DNA of 64,000 nucleotides from Chloroflexota bacterium (GTDB lineage Bacteria > Chloroflexota > Limnocylindria > P2-11E). Position 1 is the first letter of the stretch, and each line of letters opens with the position of its first letter. Shown here one piece after another: positions 53,648 to 63,934 of this stretch. The DNA is taken from contig VBDQ01000017.1 in NCBI GenBank assembly GCA_005889075.1, positions 2,075 to 66,074 of the forward strand. The letters run 5' to 3'. The position numbers and the translations under genes are program-made. The notes under the pieces are model-generated. The model saw nothing but the letters and a program-made list of their open reading frames with translations, had not been told where the DNA came from and did no database searches.

Positions 53648-55002
53648 CAGCGATCCGACGGCCGAGCTTCGTCGTGATACTCAGCGATGACCAGGCCTAT
53701 TGCGACCTCGGCTGCATGGGCGCGCAGGACCTGGCGACGCCGCACCTCGACGCCCTCGCCGCAGCCGGCGCGCTCCTTCGCAGCTGGTACTCGAACTCCC
53801 CGGTCTGCTCCCCTTCGCGAGCAAGCCTGCTCACAGGCCGCTATCCAGGGAACGCGGGGGTCCGCTCGATCCTGCGCGGCCATCGGACCGCGACCGGCCT
53901 TCCCCGCGACGTGCCGACGATCGCGACGGCGCTGCGCACGGCCGGCTACCGGACCGCGATGTTCGGGAAGTGGCACCTCGGACTCGCCGAGGGATCACGG
54001 CCGCAAGACCACGGCTTCGAAGAGTGGTTCGGATTCATGGCCGGCTGCATCGACTACTACTCGCACATCTTCTATTTCGACATGGAGGTCGGCACCGATC
54101 CGATCCACGATCTCTGGGAGAACGGCCGCGAGGTCTGGGCGAACGGCCGCTACTTCACCGAGCTCGTGACGGAGCGCGCCGTTGACTACGTCCGCCGGGC
54201 GGCCAGGGCCGGTGTCCCGCTCTTCCTCTATCTCCCATTCAACGCACCGCACTATCCACTGCACGCGCCGGCGAAATACCTCGACCGCTTCCCCGATCTG
54301 CCCGCGGAGCGCCGCATCATGGCTGCGATGATCGCGGCCATGGACGATGGCGTCGGGGAGATCGTCGCCGAGCTCGATCGCGCGGGGATGCGCGACGACA
54401 CCTTCGTGTTCTTCCAGAGCGACAACGGCCCCTCGCGCGAAACGCGTAACTGGCTCGACGGGCGCACCGAGCCGTACTACGGATCCCGCTGCGCGCTCAA
54501 GGGCCACAAGTTCTCGCTCTACGAAGGCGGGATTCGGTCGCCCGCGATCGCGAGCTGGCCCGCACGCATCCCACCCGGCACGAGCGTGAGCGAGCCGGGC
54601 GCTGCCATGGACCTGTTCCCGACGCTGCTCCGTGCCGCGGGCGGTGACACCGACAGCTACGAGCTGGACGGCCGCGATGTCCTGCCGGTGCTCGCGGACG
54701 GCGCACCCTCGCCCCAGCGCGATCTCTTCTGGGAGATGGGTCGCCAGACCGCGATCCGGCGCGGGAACTGGAAGCTCATCCTGAACGGCCAGCTCGTCGA
54801 AGGCACGCCGGCGTCCGACGACGTGTTCCTCGCCGATCTCGCGCAGGATCCCGAGGAGCGGACGAACCTGCGCGAGGATCATCCGGAGCTTGCTGCGGAG
54901 CTCGCGGAGGCGGCGCAAACCTGGCGCGCCGCGATCGAGGAGCGCTGGGCTCGCGAGTGGCGCGGCGGCGCTGAAGCCGCAACGACCGGCTGGCGTACTT
55001 AG
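53623..55002 (+). CDS. formylglycine-type (Cys) sulfatase, no signal peptide
   Basis: Track ORF 53161..55002 trimmed to GTG 53623. SFVVILSDDQ...CSPSRASLLTGRY (C-x-P-x-R) ...GKWHLG...PFNAPHYPL. Confidence 0.85.
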   Translation: MAEHASDIAAIRRPSFVVILSDDQAYCDLGCMGAQDLATPHLDALAAAGALLRSWYSNSPVCSPSRASLLTGRYPGNAGVRSILRGHRTATGLPRDVPTIATALRTAGYRTAMFGKWHLGLAEGSRPQDHGFEEWFGFMAGCIDYYSHIFYFDMEVGTDPIHDLWENGREVWANGRYFTELVTERAVDYVRRAARAGVPLFLYLPFNAPHYPLHAPAKYLDRFPDLPAERRIMAAMIAAMDDGVGEIVAELDRAGMRDDTFVFFQSDNGPSRETRNWLDGRTEPYYGSRCALKGHKFSLYEGGIRSPAIASWPARIPPGTSVSEPGAAMDLFPTLLRAAGGDTDSYELDGRDVLPVLADGAPSPQRDLFWEMGRQTAIRRGNWKLILNGQLVEGTPASDDVFLADLAQDPEERTNLREDHPELAAELAEAAQTWRAAIEERWAREWRGGAEAATTGWRT

Positions 55003-56009
55003 CTCGGGGTCGTCATCTCCGCGCGACCCGACCGATACGAGGCGATGCCCGCGAGCGCCGCGGCGACCGCGGCTCGACCGTCGCCGCCGGTGACCGCCGG
55101 CGGGCGCCGTTCGCGAACGCCGTCGACGAAGTCCGCCAGCTCCGCGAGGTAGGCGTCGGTGAAGCGCTCGAGGAATCCGGGAAACAGATCGTGCCTCGCG
55201 CCATCTTTCGTGTAGACGTCGAGACGGGTCCGCTGCTGGTGCCCGACGAGGGCCGTCCCGTTCGCGCAGACGACCTCCGTTCGGACGTCGTACGCGTACT
55301 GCGCTCCCCAGTAGGTCTCGATGTCCGCCAGCGCGCCGCGCACGAAACGCACCGCGTTGACCGCGGCGTTGGGCGCGTGATCGTGCTCGTCGCGGCCGTG
55401 GCAGAGGACCGCGGCCGTGGTCGTCACCGTTGCGATCTCGTCGGCAAGAAGGAATCTTGACAGGTCGAAGTCGTGGATCGTCGACTCGAGCATCATGTCG
55501 GTGACGCCGTTAGACGCGGGCAGATGCGTCGCCTCGCGATCGCGGTGGACCGCGTGGAAGAAGAGCGGCTCGCCGAGCGCACCCGAAACGATCAACCGTT
55601 TCGCTTCGGCGTACGCCGCGTCGTAGCGCCGCATGAATCCGAGCTGCACGCGGGACTGTCCGCGTTTTGCTGCGGCGATCACTCGGTCGCAGTCGTCCAG
55701 CGTGTGCGCCATGGGCTTTTCGAGGAGGACGTCCTTTCCGCGCACGAGAGCGGCGACAGCCTGCTCCGCGTGGAAGCGCGCGGGCGACGCGATGACGAGG
55801 ACGCGAACGTCGTCGCGCTCGAGGAGCTCGTCGAGCGATGCGCACGCGCGGGTGTCGAGCTCCGCCGCGGCGCGCGACGCGACCTGCGTGTCGGCATCGA
55901 AGAGCGCCACGAGCCGCGCACCTGCGATGCGCGATGCGGCGTTCTCGGCGTGTCGCCGGCCCATGAGGCCGGCACCGACGACCCCGACGCCGATGCGCTC
56001 GGGGCTCAA
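54999..56009 (-). CDS. Gfo/Idh/MocA family oxidoreductase (inositol dehydrogenase-like)
   Basis: Trimmed to TTG 56009 (TTGA overlap with the upstream stop). IGVGVVGAGLMGRRHAEN Rossmann fold and LLEKPMA. Confidence 0.85.
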   Translation of the reverse strand: MSPERIGVGVVGAGLMGRRHAENAASRIAGARLVALFDADTQVASRAAAELDTRACASLDELLERDDVRVLVIASPARFHAEQAVAALVRGKDVLLEKPMAHTLDDCDRVIAAAKRGQSRVQLGFMRRYDAAYAEAKRLIVSGALGEPLFFHAVHRDREATHLPASNGVTDMMLESTIHDFDLSRFLLADEIATVTTTAAVLCHGRDEHDHAPNAAVNAVRFVRGALADIETYWGAQYAYDVRTEVVCANGTALVGHQQRTRLDVYTKDGARHDLFPGFLERFTDAYLAELADFVDGVRERRPPAVTGGDGRAAVAAALAGIASYRSGRAEMTTPS

Positions 56010-56908
56010 GGGAGCGCCGCGGTGACGAACGCGAAGCTCTTCGCCGCGTCGAGCTTGGGCTGTCGCAAGGAGCCCGGCTGGATGCGGATGTCCTGCTCGA
56101 CGATGAGCCAGCCCTCGTACCGCGCGTCGCTCAGGATGCGCAGGAACGCGGCCATGTCGACCGCTCCCGACCCGACCGGCGCGAAGACGTCCTCGCCCAC
56201 CGCGGCGGTGAAGTCCAGCCGCGCCGCAAGCGCGCGCTGGTAGCGATCCCGATAGACATCTTTCAGGTGCACGTGCCGGATGCGCGCGGTCTCGCGACGA
56301 GCGAGGGCGACCGGATCGCCGCCGCCGTAGAAGACATGACCGGTATCGAGGCAGAGGCCGACCAGCGATGGATCGGTTTGGCGTAGCAGCTCGTCGACCT
56401 CGCTCGGCGTCTCGACGTAGGTGCCCGCGTGCGGGTGGAACGCGGTGACCAGGCCCATCTGCTTGGCGCGGCGCGCGATCTCGTTCGCGCCCTCCGCGAA
56501 TCTCTTCCAATCGTCTACCGAGAAGCGGGGGTCACCCGCGGAGACGCGTCCGGCGATCCGCTCGCGCCGCTCGTCTCCGGCTTCCGCGAGCACGAGGACG
56601 GGAGCGGACAGCTCAGCGAGCAGGCGGGTCGTGTCCATCGCGTACGCGAGCTGGTCCTCGTAGCGCGCCGGGTCGTGCAGCGTGACGGGGCAGAAGGCCC
56701 CGGCCATGGCGAGCCGCCGTTTCCCGAGCTCGGCCGCGAGGACGGCAGCTTCCTTCGGCAGGTAGCCCCATGGACCGAGCTCCGTACCGGCGTAGCCGAG
56801 CTCGGCCATCTCGTCGAGCACGTGCGCGTACGGCAGCATCGTCCCCCAGTCGGGAAGCTCGCAGATCCCCCAGGTGATCGGCGCGGTGCCGACCTTCATC
56901 GCAGCCAA
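56006..56908 (-). CDS. xylose-isomerase-like TIM-barrel sugar phosphate isomerase/epimerase (IolE-like)
   Basis: 300 aa. GTAPITWG...GYAGTELGPWGY...FHPHAGTYVE...LDTGH is the layout of inosose dehydratase/AP-endonuclease-2 TIM barrels. Confidence 0.75.
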   Translation of the reverse strand: MAAMKVGTAPITWGICELPDWGTMLPYAHVLDEMAELGYAGTELGPWGYLPKEAAVLAAELGKRRLAMAGAFCPVTLHDPARYEDQLAYAMDTTRLLAELSAPVLVLAEAGDERRERIAGRVSAGDPRFSVDDWKRFAEGANEIARRAKQMGLVTAFHPHAGTYVETPSEVDELLRQTDPSLVGLCLDTGHVFYGGGDPVALARRETARIRHVHLKDVYRDRYQRALAARLDFTAAVGEDVFAPVGSGAVDMAAFLRILSDARYEGWLIVEQDIRIQPGSLRQPKLDAAKSFAFVTAALP

Positions 56909-57684
56909 CGCTCGAGGACCTCCCCAACCTCGGCGAGAGACTCTATCTGGGCATCGGGAGTGACGGCGAAGCCGCTCGGCTCACCGACCGGACGCGGCCG
57001 TGGCTCGGGGGGACGCAGCCATACGGCACGCATCCCGAGCTGCTGCGCGCCGAAGACATCCTGGTATGGCTCGTCGCCCACCATCACCGCGTCGCGGGCC
57101 TGGACTCCGGCGATCGCGAGCGCCGCCTCGAAGATCGCGCGATGCGGCTTGCGGAACCCGGCGCTGTGAGAGGTCACCACGCCGTCGACGAGTCCCTCAA
57201 GACCAAGCGCCCCGAGATCCGACAGGAAATCCTCCGAAGCGCTCCAAAGCGTGTTGCTCACGAGTACGGTCCGCAGCCGGTGTTCGCGGCACCAGACAAG
57301 CGCGTCGCGGGCGCCCGGGGCGAGCTCGCCCGAGACGCTCCCACGAACGACGGCTACGCGTCGCAGCTCGTCGAGGTCGACCGGCTCGCCCGAGACGGCC
57401 TGCGCCTCGAGCCATCGGCGCACCATCTCGAGCGTGCGCTGGCGCATCGGCTCGGTGGGATCATCAGCGAGCATCTGCGTCAACAGATCGGCATCGAGCA
57501 ACGATCCATACCATTCGCGCGGACCAAAACGAGCGACGAGCTGCGCGAGCGAGAGCTCGCGCGGGGAAACGTCCGGACGTCCGCGCATCAACGTTCCGCC
57601 GACGTCGAACAGCACCGCGCCTAACAGAGCTTGTTTCCTTGACGGGCCACTGGGCCGCGCTAGGGTAGGCGTCTCGATAGGCAT
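56896..57684 (-). CDS. HAD-superfamily hydrolase (subfamily IA-like)
   Basis: VLFDVGGTL (DxD-type motif I variant), VSNT and MVGDEPYQDV. Confidence 0.75.
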   Translation of the reverse strand: MPIETPTLARPSGPSRKQALLGAVLFDVGGTLMRGRPDVSPRELSLAQLVARFGPREWYGSLLDADLLTQMLADDPTEPMRQRTLEMVRRWLEAQAVSGEPVDLDELRRVAVVRGSVSGELAPGARDALVWCREHRLRTVLVSNTLWSASEDFLSDLGALGLEGLVDGVVTSHSAGFRKPHRAIFEAALAIAGVQARDAVMVGDEPYQDVFGAQQLGMRAVWLRPPEPRPRPVGEPSGFAVTPDAQIESLAEVGEVLERWLR

Positions 57685-57701
57685 GGGGGAGGCAAACGGG
57701 C

Positions 57702-58850
57702 ATGAAGCAGTGGCTTCGTTCGATCACTCCGCTCGCCGCGGTGCTCCTGGTGGCGGCAGCGTGCGGCGGAGGCGGAACCCCAAGCGCCGGCGGGAGCTCG
57801 GCGCCGAGCGCGGCAGAAGACAAGGAGCTCGTCTTCTACAGCGGCGGCGACACGAACGTCCAGGACCTGCACCAAAAGCAGATCATCCCGGCGTTCGAGA
57901 AGGCGACCGGGATCAAGGTCACCTTCACGTTCCTCGAGCACGGCACCGGCGCCCAGGGCATCTACGACCGCATCAAGGCGCAGAGCGACGCGGGCAAGAC
58001 GCAGTGGGACATCGACCTCTGGGAGTCGGACACCGGTTACTACACCCGCCCGGATGACCTCTTCCTGCAGGTCACCGATAAGGACATCGCGAATCTCGGC
58101 AAGGTGCCGAAGCCGACGCTCGACTTCGTGCAGAACAAGGCGGTCCCGTACCGCGGATCGAGCGTCGTACTCGCGTACAACTCCGACAAGGTCACGAACC
58201 CGCCGCAGACCTACGACCAGCTGCTCGACTGGATCAAGGCGAACCCCGGCAAGTTCGCGTACAACGAGCCGTCGACCGGCGGGTCAGGTGACGCCTTCGT
58301 CATCGCGATGCTCTACAAGTACAGCGACTACAACAAGTACGTCAGCCAGCCGTTCAGCGCTTCGAACGAGAAGGACTGGGACGCGGCATTCGCCGCGCTC
58401 AAGGGCCTGGCGCCGTCGCTCTACGGCAAGGGCACCTACCCCAAGGGCAACGCCGGCACGCTCGACCTGCTGAACCGTGGCGAGATCTGGATGGGCACGG
58501 TCTGGTCCGATCAGTCGACGCAGGCCCTCCAGGCGGGCCAGCTCCCGAAGACCGTGAAGATCACGCAGATCAATCCGGCCTTCAACGGCGGCGCCGCCTA
58601 CATCGGCATCACCAAGAAAGCCACGCACAAGCAGGCCGCCATGAAGTACCTCAACTTCCTGCTCGAGCCCGCGCAGCAGTCGCTCATCGTCACCGGCGCG
58701 ATGTCCGGATACCCGGGCATCGACTGGCAGTACATGCCCTCCGACGCGCGTACCCGGTTCTCGGGTGCCGACAAGGAGTACCGCCTGTGGCCAGGTGGTA
58801 CGTACGGTCAGGACATGCAGCGGCTCTGGCACGAGAAGGTCGCGTCGTAA
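57702..58850 (+). CDS. ABC transporter substrate-binding lipoprotein (solute-binding family 1)
   Basis: LLVAAAC lipobox followed by a Gly/Ser linker. IIPAFEKATGIKVTF is typical of PotD/iron/phosphonate-type SBPs. Confidence 0.85.
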   Translation: MKQWLRSITPLAAVLLVAAACGGGGTPSAGGSSAPSAAEDKELVFYSGGDTNVQDLHQKQIIPAFEKATGIKVTFTFLEHGTGAQGIYDRIKAQSDAGKTQWDIDLWESDTGYYTRPDDLFLQVTDKDIANLGKVPKPTLDFVQNKAVPYRGSSVVLAYNSDKVTNPPQTYDQLLDWIKANPGKFAYNEPSTGGSGDAFVIAMLYKYSDYNKYVSQPFSASNEKDWDAAFAALKGLAPSLYGKGTYPKGNAGTLDLLNRGEIWMGTVWSDQSTQALQAGQLPKTVKITQINPAFNGGAAYIGITKKATHKQAAMKYLNFLLEPAQQSLIVTGAMSGYPGIDWQYMPSDARTRFSGADKEYRLWPGGTYGQDMQRLWHEKVAS

Positions 58851-58874
58851 CCAAAGGCTAGGAGGCACGACGGC

Positions 58875-59777
58875 GTGGCGGTCGTAACGTCCGCTCGCGC
58901 CGTCGTGCGACCTCGGCGGCTCGATCGGTCGCGGGCGGCAGGGGTTCTCCTCGTGCTTCCTTCGCTCCTCTACCTCACGCTCTTCGTCTTCATCCCGGTG
59001 ATCAAGGCGATCACCACATCGTTCACCGTGCGCGACCGCGACGACGCCGGGAACTACACGTACCGCGTCGGTCTCGACAACTACGCCCAGCTCGCCACGA
59101 GCGAGACCCTCCGCGCGAACGTCATCTTCACGGTGCTCATCGCGGTCACGTCGGTCGCGATCGTCTTCTGCATCGCGTACGTCATCGCCCTCGCGCTCCG
59201 CTTCGGGCGTGGCCCCAGCGCGCGATTCCTCGGGCGGATCTACATCGTCCCGCTCTTCATCCCCTCGGTGATCGCGAGCTACGCGATGATCACCTTCCTC
59301 GCGAACCACGGTTTCGTCGACGGCATCCTGCAGGCGCTCGGCCTTCCCGACGGGGTCTTCCCGAAGATCGTCTTCGACTGGAAGGGGATCGTCATCACCC
59401 AGGTCTGGCTCTCGCTGCCCTTCATGACGGTGCTGCTCTCGTCGGTGCTCCTAGAGATATCGGACTCGCTGATCGAGAGCGCGCGCGACGTCGGCGCCTC
59501 GTCGTGGCAGATCTTCCGCCACATCGTCCTGCCGCTCTCGGCGCCGGGCGCGCTCATCGGGGTGACGTTCATGTTCCTGGGCGTGATCGGCGGCTTCACC
59601 GTGCCCTACCTGCTCGGGCCAAACGCCCCGCAGATGCTCGGCGTGTCGATGGTCTACTACATGACCAACTACTTCGAGCCCTACATCGCGAGCACGCAGG
59701 CCGTCGCCATCTTCCTGCTCTCGCTGGTCGCGGCGGTCTACTACGTGCGCCAGCAGTTCAAGCGCGAGGTCCGCTGA
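58875..59777 (+). CDS. ABC transporter permease
   Basis: 6 TM helices. IESARDVGASSWQIFRHIVLPL is the EAA loop. Confidence 0.85.
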   Translation: MAVVTSARAVVRPRRLDRSRAAGVLLVLPSLLYLTLFVFIPVIKAITTSFTVRDRDDAGNYTYRVGLDNYAQLATSETLRANVIFTVLIAVTSVAIVFCIAYVIALALRFGRGPSARFLGRIYIVPLFIPSVIASYAMITFLANHGFVDGILQALGLPDGVFPKIVFDWKGIVITQVWLSLPFMTVLLSSVLLEISDSLIESARDVGASSWQIFRHIVLPLSAPGALIGVTFMFLGVIGGFTVPYLLGPNAPQMLGVSMVYYMTNYFEPYIASTQAVAIFLLSLVAAVYYVRQQFKREVR

Positions 59778-60637
59778 TGGCCGCGCAGGCGCCCGCCCTG
59801 CCGGCGGTCCGCCTCACCTGGTGGATCGACGATCCGCGGATGCGGCGCATGCTCCTGCGCCTTTTCGCCGGTGCGCTCGCGGTCTTCATCGGCATCCCGC
59901 TGCTGACCCTCGTCTTGTGGTCGTTCGCCGGCGAGTGGTTCTGGCCGAACCTCATCCCTACCCAGTGGTCGCTGCGATGGTGGCAGGAGGTCCTCGAGAA
60001 CCCGCGCGTCACCGACGCGATGTTCCTCTCGTTCACCATCGCGCCGGTCGTCACGGCGCTCACCGCGCTCGTCGCGATCCCGGCGGGATACGCGTTCGCG
60101 CGACTGGACGTCCCCTACCGCCGGCTGCTCCTGCTGCTCTTCCTGATCCCGAACGCCTTCCCGCGCATCGGCCTCTACGTGTCGCTCGCGGTCCTCTACT
60201 ACCAGATCGGACTCATCGACACGTACTGGGGCATCGTCTTCCTGCACATGATCGGGACGCTCGTGTACATGACCTGGATCACGACGGCCACGTTCCGCTC
60301 GATCGATCCGCACCTCGAGGAGGCGGCCCGCGACGCGGGCGCCTCGCCGCTGCGGGCGTTCTTCTCGGTGGTCATGCCGCTCGCGCTACCCGGGATCATC
60401 GTCGCCTCGCTCTTCAGCTTCCTCGCCTCGCTCGACGAGGCGCAGGGCACGCTCATCGTGGGGACGCCGCACTACATCACCATGCCGGTGCTTCTCTACA
60501 CGCTCATCTCGAGCTTCCAGCGGCCGGTCGCGGCGGTGTTCAGCGTGCTGCTCGCTCTTCCCTCGCTGCTCCTGCTCGTCGTCGCGCAGCGCTACCTGCA
60601 CAGCGAGTACGTCGCCGCCGGTCTTGGCAGGGTCTGA
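59777..60637 (+). CDS. ABC transporter permease
   Basis: TGATG junction. EEAARDAGASPLRAFFSVVMPL is the EAA loop. Confidence 0.85.
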   Translation: MAAQAPALPAVRLTWWIDDPRMRRMLLRLFAGALAVFIGIPLLTLVLWSFAGEWFWPNLIPTQWSLRWWQEVLENPRVTDAMFLSFTIAPVVTALTALVAIPAGYAFARLDVPYRRLLLLLFLIPNAFPRIGLYVSLAVLYYQIGLIDTYWGIVFLHMIGTLVYMTWITTATFRSIDPHLEEAARDAGASPLRAFFSVVMPLALPGIIVASLFSFLASLDEAQGTLIVGTPHYITMPVLLYTLISSFQRPVAAVFSVLLALPSLLLLVVAQRYLHSEYVAAGLGRV

Positions 60638-61734
60638 TGGCCGAGGTCGAGCTTCGCAACGTGTCGAAGGTCTACAAGGACACGGTCGCGGTCGACGACG
60701 TCTCGCTTCACATTCGAGATCGCGAGTTCGTCGCGCTGCTCGGCCCCTCCGGTTGCGGGAAGACCACGACCCTCCGCATGCTCGCGGGATTCATCCGACC
60801 CGACGGCGGGCAGATCCTCATCGACGGGCATGACGTGACGGACCTGCCCCCGGAGCGCCGGCCCACGGCCATGGTCTTCCAGAGCTACGCGCTGTGGCCG
60901 CACATGACGGTCGCCGACAACGTCGCGTTCGGGCTGCGGCTCCGCAAGCTGGCGCGGAACGTGGTCGAGGAGCGGACCGCGCGCATGCTCGACGTCGTCG
61001 GGCTGCCGGGGGTCACGAAGCGCTACCCCTCGCAGCTCTCGGGAGGTCAACAGCAGCGCGTCGCGCTCGCCCGGGCGCTCGTGCTCGGACCGAAGATCCT
61101 GCTCCTCGACGAGCCGCTCTCGAACCTCGACGCGAAGCTCCGCGTGCGTATGCGCGACGAGATCCGCCGCATCCAGCAGGAGCTGCAGATCACGACCGTG
61201 TACGTGACGCACGACCAGGAGGAGGCGCTCACCATGGCCGACCGCATCGCGGTCATGAACAAGGGCGTGCTCCAGCAGGTCGGCGACGCGCTGGACATCT
61301 ACGACCGGCCGGCGACCGCCTTCGTCGCCGACTTCATCGGGTCGAGCAATCTGCTCTCCGGCACGCTCCGCGTCGCGGGCGCGAGCGCGGTCGCCGAGGT
61401 CGGCACGGCGCGCGTGCCCGTCGATGCGGACGGCCTCGCCGACGGGACCGCAGTCACCGTCTCCGCACGGCCCGAGGACATGGAGGTGCTCCGCGCTCCG
61501 GCCGCGGACGCATTCGCGCTCGAGGACGCGCGGCTTGTGAACTTCGGCGCATACAAGCGGCTTCTCGGACGTCATCCCGCGTTCGGGCAGCTCGAGGCGC
61601 GCGTGCCAAAGAGCTTCCGGCTCGACAACGCGCCGGTCTACGTCCGGTTCACCCGCGCGCGTGCGTTCGCGAGCGACGAAGCCCCAGCGGACATTACGGA
61701 CAAGGCGGCCCGGGACCCCGCACGCAATAGGTAA
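60637..61734 (+). CDS. ABC transporter ATP-binding protein (PotA/FbpC-like with C-terminal TOBE-like region)
   Basis: TGATG junction. [24 protein letters not shown] and LLLDEPLSNLD. Confidence 0.92.
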   Translation: MAEVELRNVSKVYKDTVAVDDVSLHIRDREFVALLGPSGCGKTTTLRMLAGFIRPDGGQILIDGHDVTDLPPERRPTAMVFQSYALWPHMTVADNVAFGLRLRKLARNVVEERTARMLDVVGLPGVTKRYPSQLSGGQQQRVALARALVLGPKILLLDEPLSNLDAKLRVRMRDEIRRIQQELQITTVYVTHDQEEALTMADRIAVMNKGVLQQVGDALDIYDRPATAFVADFIGSSNLLSGTLRVAGASAVAEVGTARVPVDADGLADGTAVTVSARPEDMEVLRAPAADAFALEDARLVNFGAYKRLLGRHPAFGQLEARVPKSFRLDNAPVYVRFTRARAFASDEAPADITDKAARDPARNR

Positions 61735-62995
61735 GGATCACGGCTCGGGTGAGCAGGTCCGAGACCGTCGCGGTTGAGTCGTCGCCTCCGCTGATCGCGA
61801 ACAGCCGTGATCCATCGCGGGACCACCACACGTCGACGATGAACGCGCTCTCGGAAACCTTCGTTGCGGTGCCGTCAATCCGCCGAACCGTCACCGTGCG
61901 GGGAATCGTCAGCCCGCAGCACATCACGCTCTCGAGCACGACGTAGCGGTCCCGCGCTGGATGCCACGCGCCCAGCTGGATGGTCCCATTCGGCCCCGGG
62001 CGGTAGAGCTCGCGCGCAGCCGCGCTCGTAGCGTCGACGGTCGCGACGAAGGAGTCCCCGCCGAACAGGCTCCGTGAGCTCCAGACAAGGAGCGTCCGTC
62101 CATCGCCCGGGTCGAGACCGATGCCGCGAACGAGATCTCGCACGTCGCCCCCGACGAATCGGACCTCACCGCTCGACGTATCGAAGCGCGTCTCGCCGCC
62201 GGCGAGATTGACCAGCACGATGTGGTAGTCGCCTTCGCCCGCGCTCGCGCGGAACGCGAGAGCCGTGCCCGTCGCGAGGAACGCGACCGGCGTCGGAGGC
62301 GATCCGACGCGCCCGGGTTCCGACGCGACGATCCTTCGCATGCCTCCGCCGGACGTGGCGCTCACCCAGAGCCCCTCGACCGCCGGATCGCCGCCGATCC
62401 CGCCGGTGCTGCGCGCGAACGCAACGCTCGCGCCGTCCGGGCTGACGATCGCCGCCGCGACGGATGGGCCATCGAACAGCTGGTGCGCCATGCCTGCCGC
62501 GACGTCGAGCGCGAAGATCGTCTGACGGAGCTCGGGGTGGGTCGCGGTGACGATCACCGTGCGGCCATCTGCGGACGAGCTGACCGTCACCGCCGGAGCG
62601 GACTGCGAATCCGGCGGCACCGGCACGCTCACCGATGCGACCTCTATCGCGCGCGTGGCGCCGCCCACCGTCGGCACGACCGCGGCGTCGAGGTCGAGCA
62701 GGAGAACGCGGAAGCTCGCGACGCCGCCGCGCGCCGCGCCCGTCCCCGCGACCGCGTAGTGGAACTCGGCGGGCACACGTGCGGCCGTCGCCTCGATCGT
62801 GGCCGCCCCGGCAGGCGCCGCGGTCGGCGACGGCTGGGACGCCACCGACTGAGCCGGCGATGCGGATGGCGAAGGGACGGGCGAGCTCGTCGTGTCGGTT
62901 GGCGTTCGACTCGGGAGAGGGCGCGCGAGGGCGACGACGAGCACGACGAGCGCGAGCGCCGCGACAGTGAGCGCCGCGGCGGTGCGAATCTTCAT
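61694..62995 (-). CDS. secreted TolB-like beta-propeller repeat protein
   Basis: Signal/anchor MKIRTAAALTVAALALVVLVV and a Pro/Ser/Thr linker. Repeats SADGRTVIV, VSPDGASVAF and WSRDGSRLF. Confidence 0.6.
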   Translation of the reverse strand: MKIRTAAALTVAALALVVLVVALARPLPSRTPTDTTSSPVPSPSASPAQSVASQPSPTAAPAGAATIEATAARVPAEFHYAVAGTGAARGGVASFRVLLLDLDAAVVPTVGGATRAIEVASVSVPVPPDSQSAPAVTVSSSADGRTVIVTATHPELRQTIFALDVAAGMAHQLFDGPSVAAAIVSPDGASVAFARSTGGIGGDPAVEGLWVSATSGGGMRRIVASEPGRVGSPPTPVAFLATGTALAFRASAGEGDYHIVLVNLAGGETRFDTSSGEVRFVGGDVRDLVRGIGLDPGDGRTLLVWSSRSLFGGDSFVATVDATSAAARELYRPGPNGTIQLGAWHPARDRYVVLESVMCCGLTIPRTVTVRRIDGTATKVSESAFIVDVWWSRDGSRLFAISGGDDSTATVSDLLTRAVILTYCVRGPGPPCP

Positions 62996-63933
62996 GCCCG
63001 CTCGGGTGGCAGCCCACGCGCCGGTGTTTCGGAGGCGAGCTCGCGTCCCGCTGCTGCGAGCTCGCGCGCGGTGTTCGTGGTGACGATGTCGACGCCGCCG
63101 TTCACGAGGCGCGCGAATCGCTCGCGCCAGCGTGGCGTGTCCGCATCCAGCGTCCAGACGTCGAGCTTGATCCCCAGCGCGTGGACGATCTCGGCGGCCT
63201 CGGCCGCGTCATCAAGCATCCGCTCGAACATCTCGAGACGAACGTGCGCCTCCGTCACACCCGGGACCAGGCGCATGATCCCGCCGAAGCGGTCGCGAAG
63301 GTATTCGGCGGTGGTCGTGAGCCGGCTCTTGGCGAGGGGATGCGCGTCGCGGTACCCGTACGCGCCCAACGGAAGCGCGAGCTCGTTCTCGTCCTCCGTG
63401 TCGATGTAGCTGTGCGGATTGAGGCTGACCTGCAGCGTCGGGTCGACGCCGAGGATCCGCCGCAGGTTCCAGTCAGCTGGACAGCTGAAGTGCGCGCGGG
63501 CCTTGATCGGCTGGACCGCTCGGACAAGGGTCTCGACCTGCGGCCACGAATACGGAGCGAGGTCCTTGAGATCGAGCTCGATGCGTGTCGGATATTCGTG
63601 TGCGGCCATCAGCTCGACGGCTTCCGCGAAGAGGAGCGGATGGGTACCGTCCCGGAAGCGTGCGCGCTTCGCGTCGGCGGTCATCGCGTCGCGGACCAGG
63701 CCCTGTGCATCGGTGGCCCGATCGAAACGATCGTCGTGGAAGATGACGAATTGGCCGTCGCGAAGGAGCTGGAGGTCGATCTCGGTACGGAGGACGTTCT
63801 CCCGGCCGCACTCCTCTATGGCGAGCGGGGAATTCTCGGAATAGCGCCCGCTCCAGAGGGAGCGGTGGACCTTGAGCTCCACCGTCCTGCCGCGGTGCGA
63901 GAAGAACGAGTCGGGATTCGGTCCCCTGCTCAC
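62992..63933 (-). CDS. glycerophosphodiester phosphodiesterase (GDPD) family protein
   Basis: HRSLWSG..SENSPLAIEE...EIDLQLLRDGQFVIFHDD are the GDPD catalytic blocks. ATGA overlap with the downstream gene. Confidence 0.8.
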   Translation of the reverse strand: MSRGPNPDSFFSHRGRTVELKVHRSLWSGRYSENSPLAIEECGRENVLRTEIDLQLLRDGQFVIFHDDRFDRATDAQGLVRDAMTADAKRARFRDGTHPLLFAEAVELMAAHEYPTRIELDLKDLAPYSWPQVETLVRAVQPIKARAHFSCPADWNLRRILGVDPTLQVSLNPHSYIDTEDENELALPLGAYGYRDAHPLAKSRLTTTAEYLRDRFGGIMRLVPGVTEAHVRLEMFERMLDDAAEAAEIVHALGIKLDVWTLDADTPRWRERFARLVNGGVDIVTTNTARELAAAGRELASETPARGLPPERA

Positions 63934-63934
63934 G

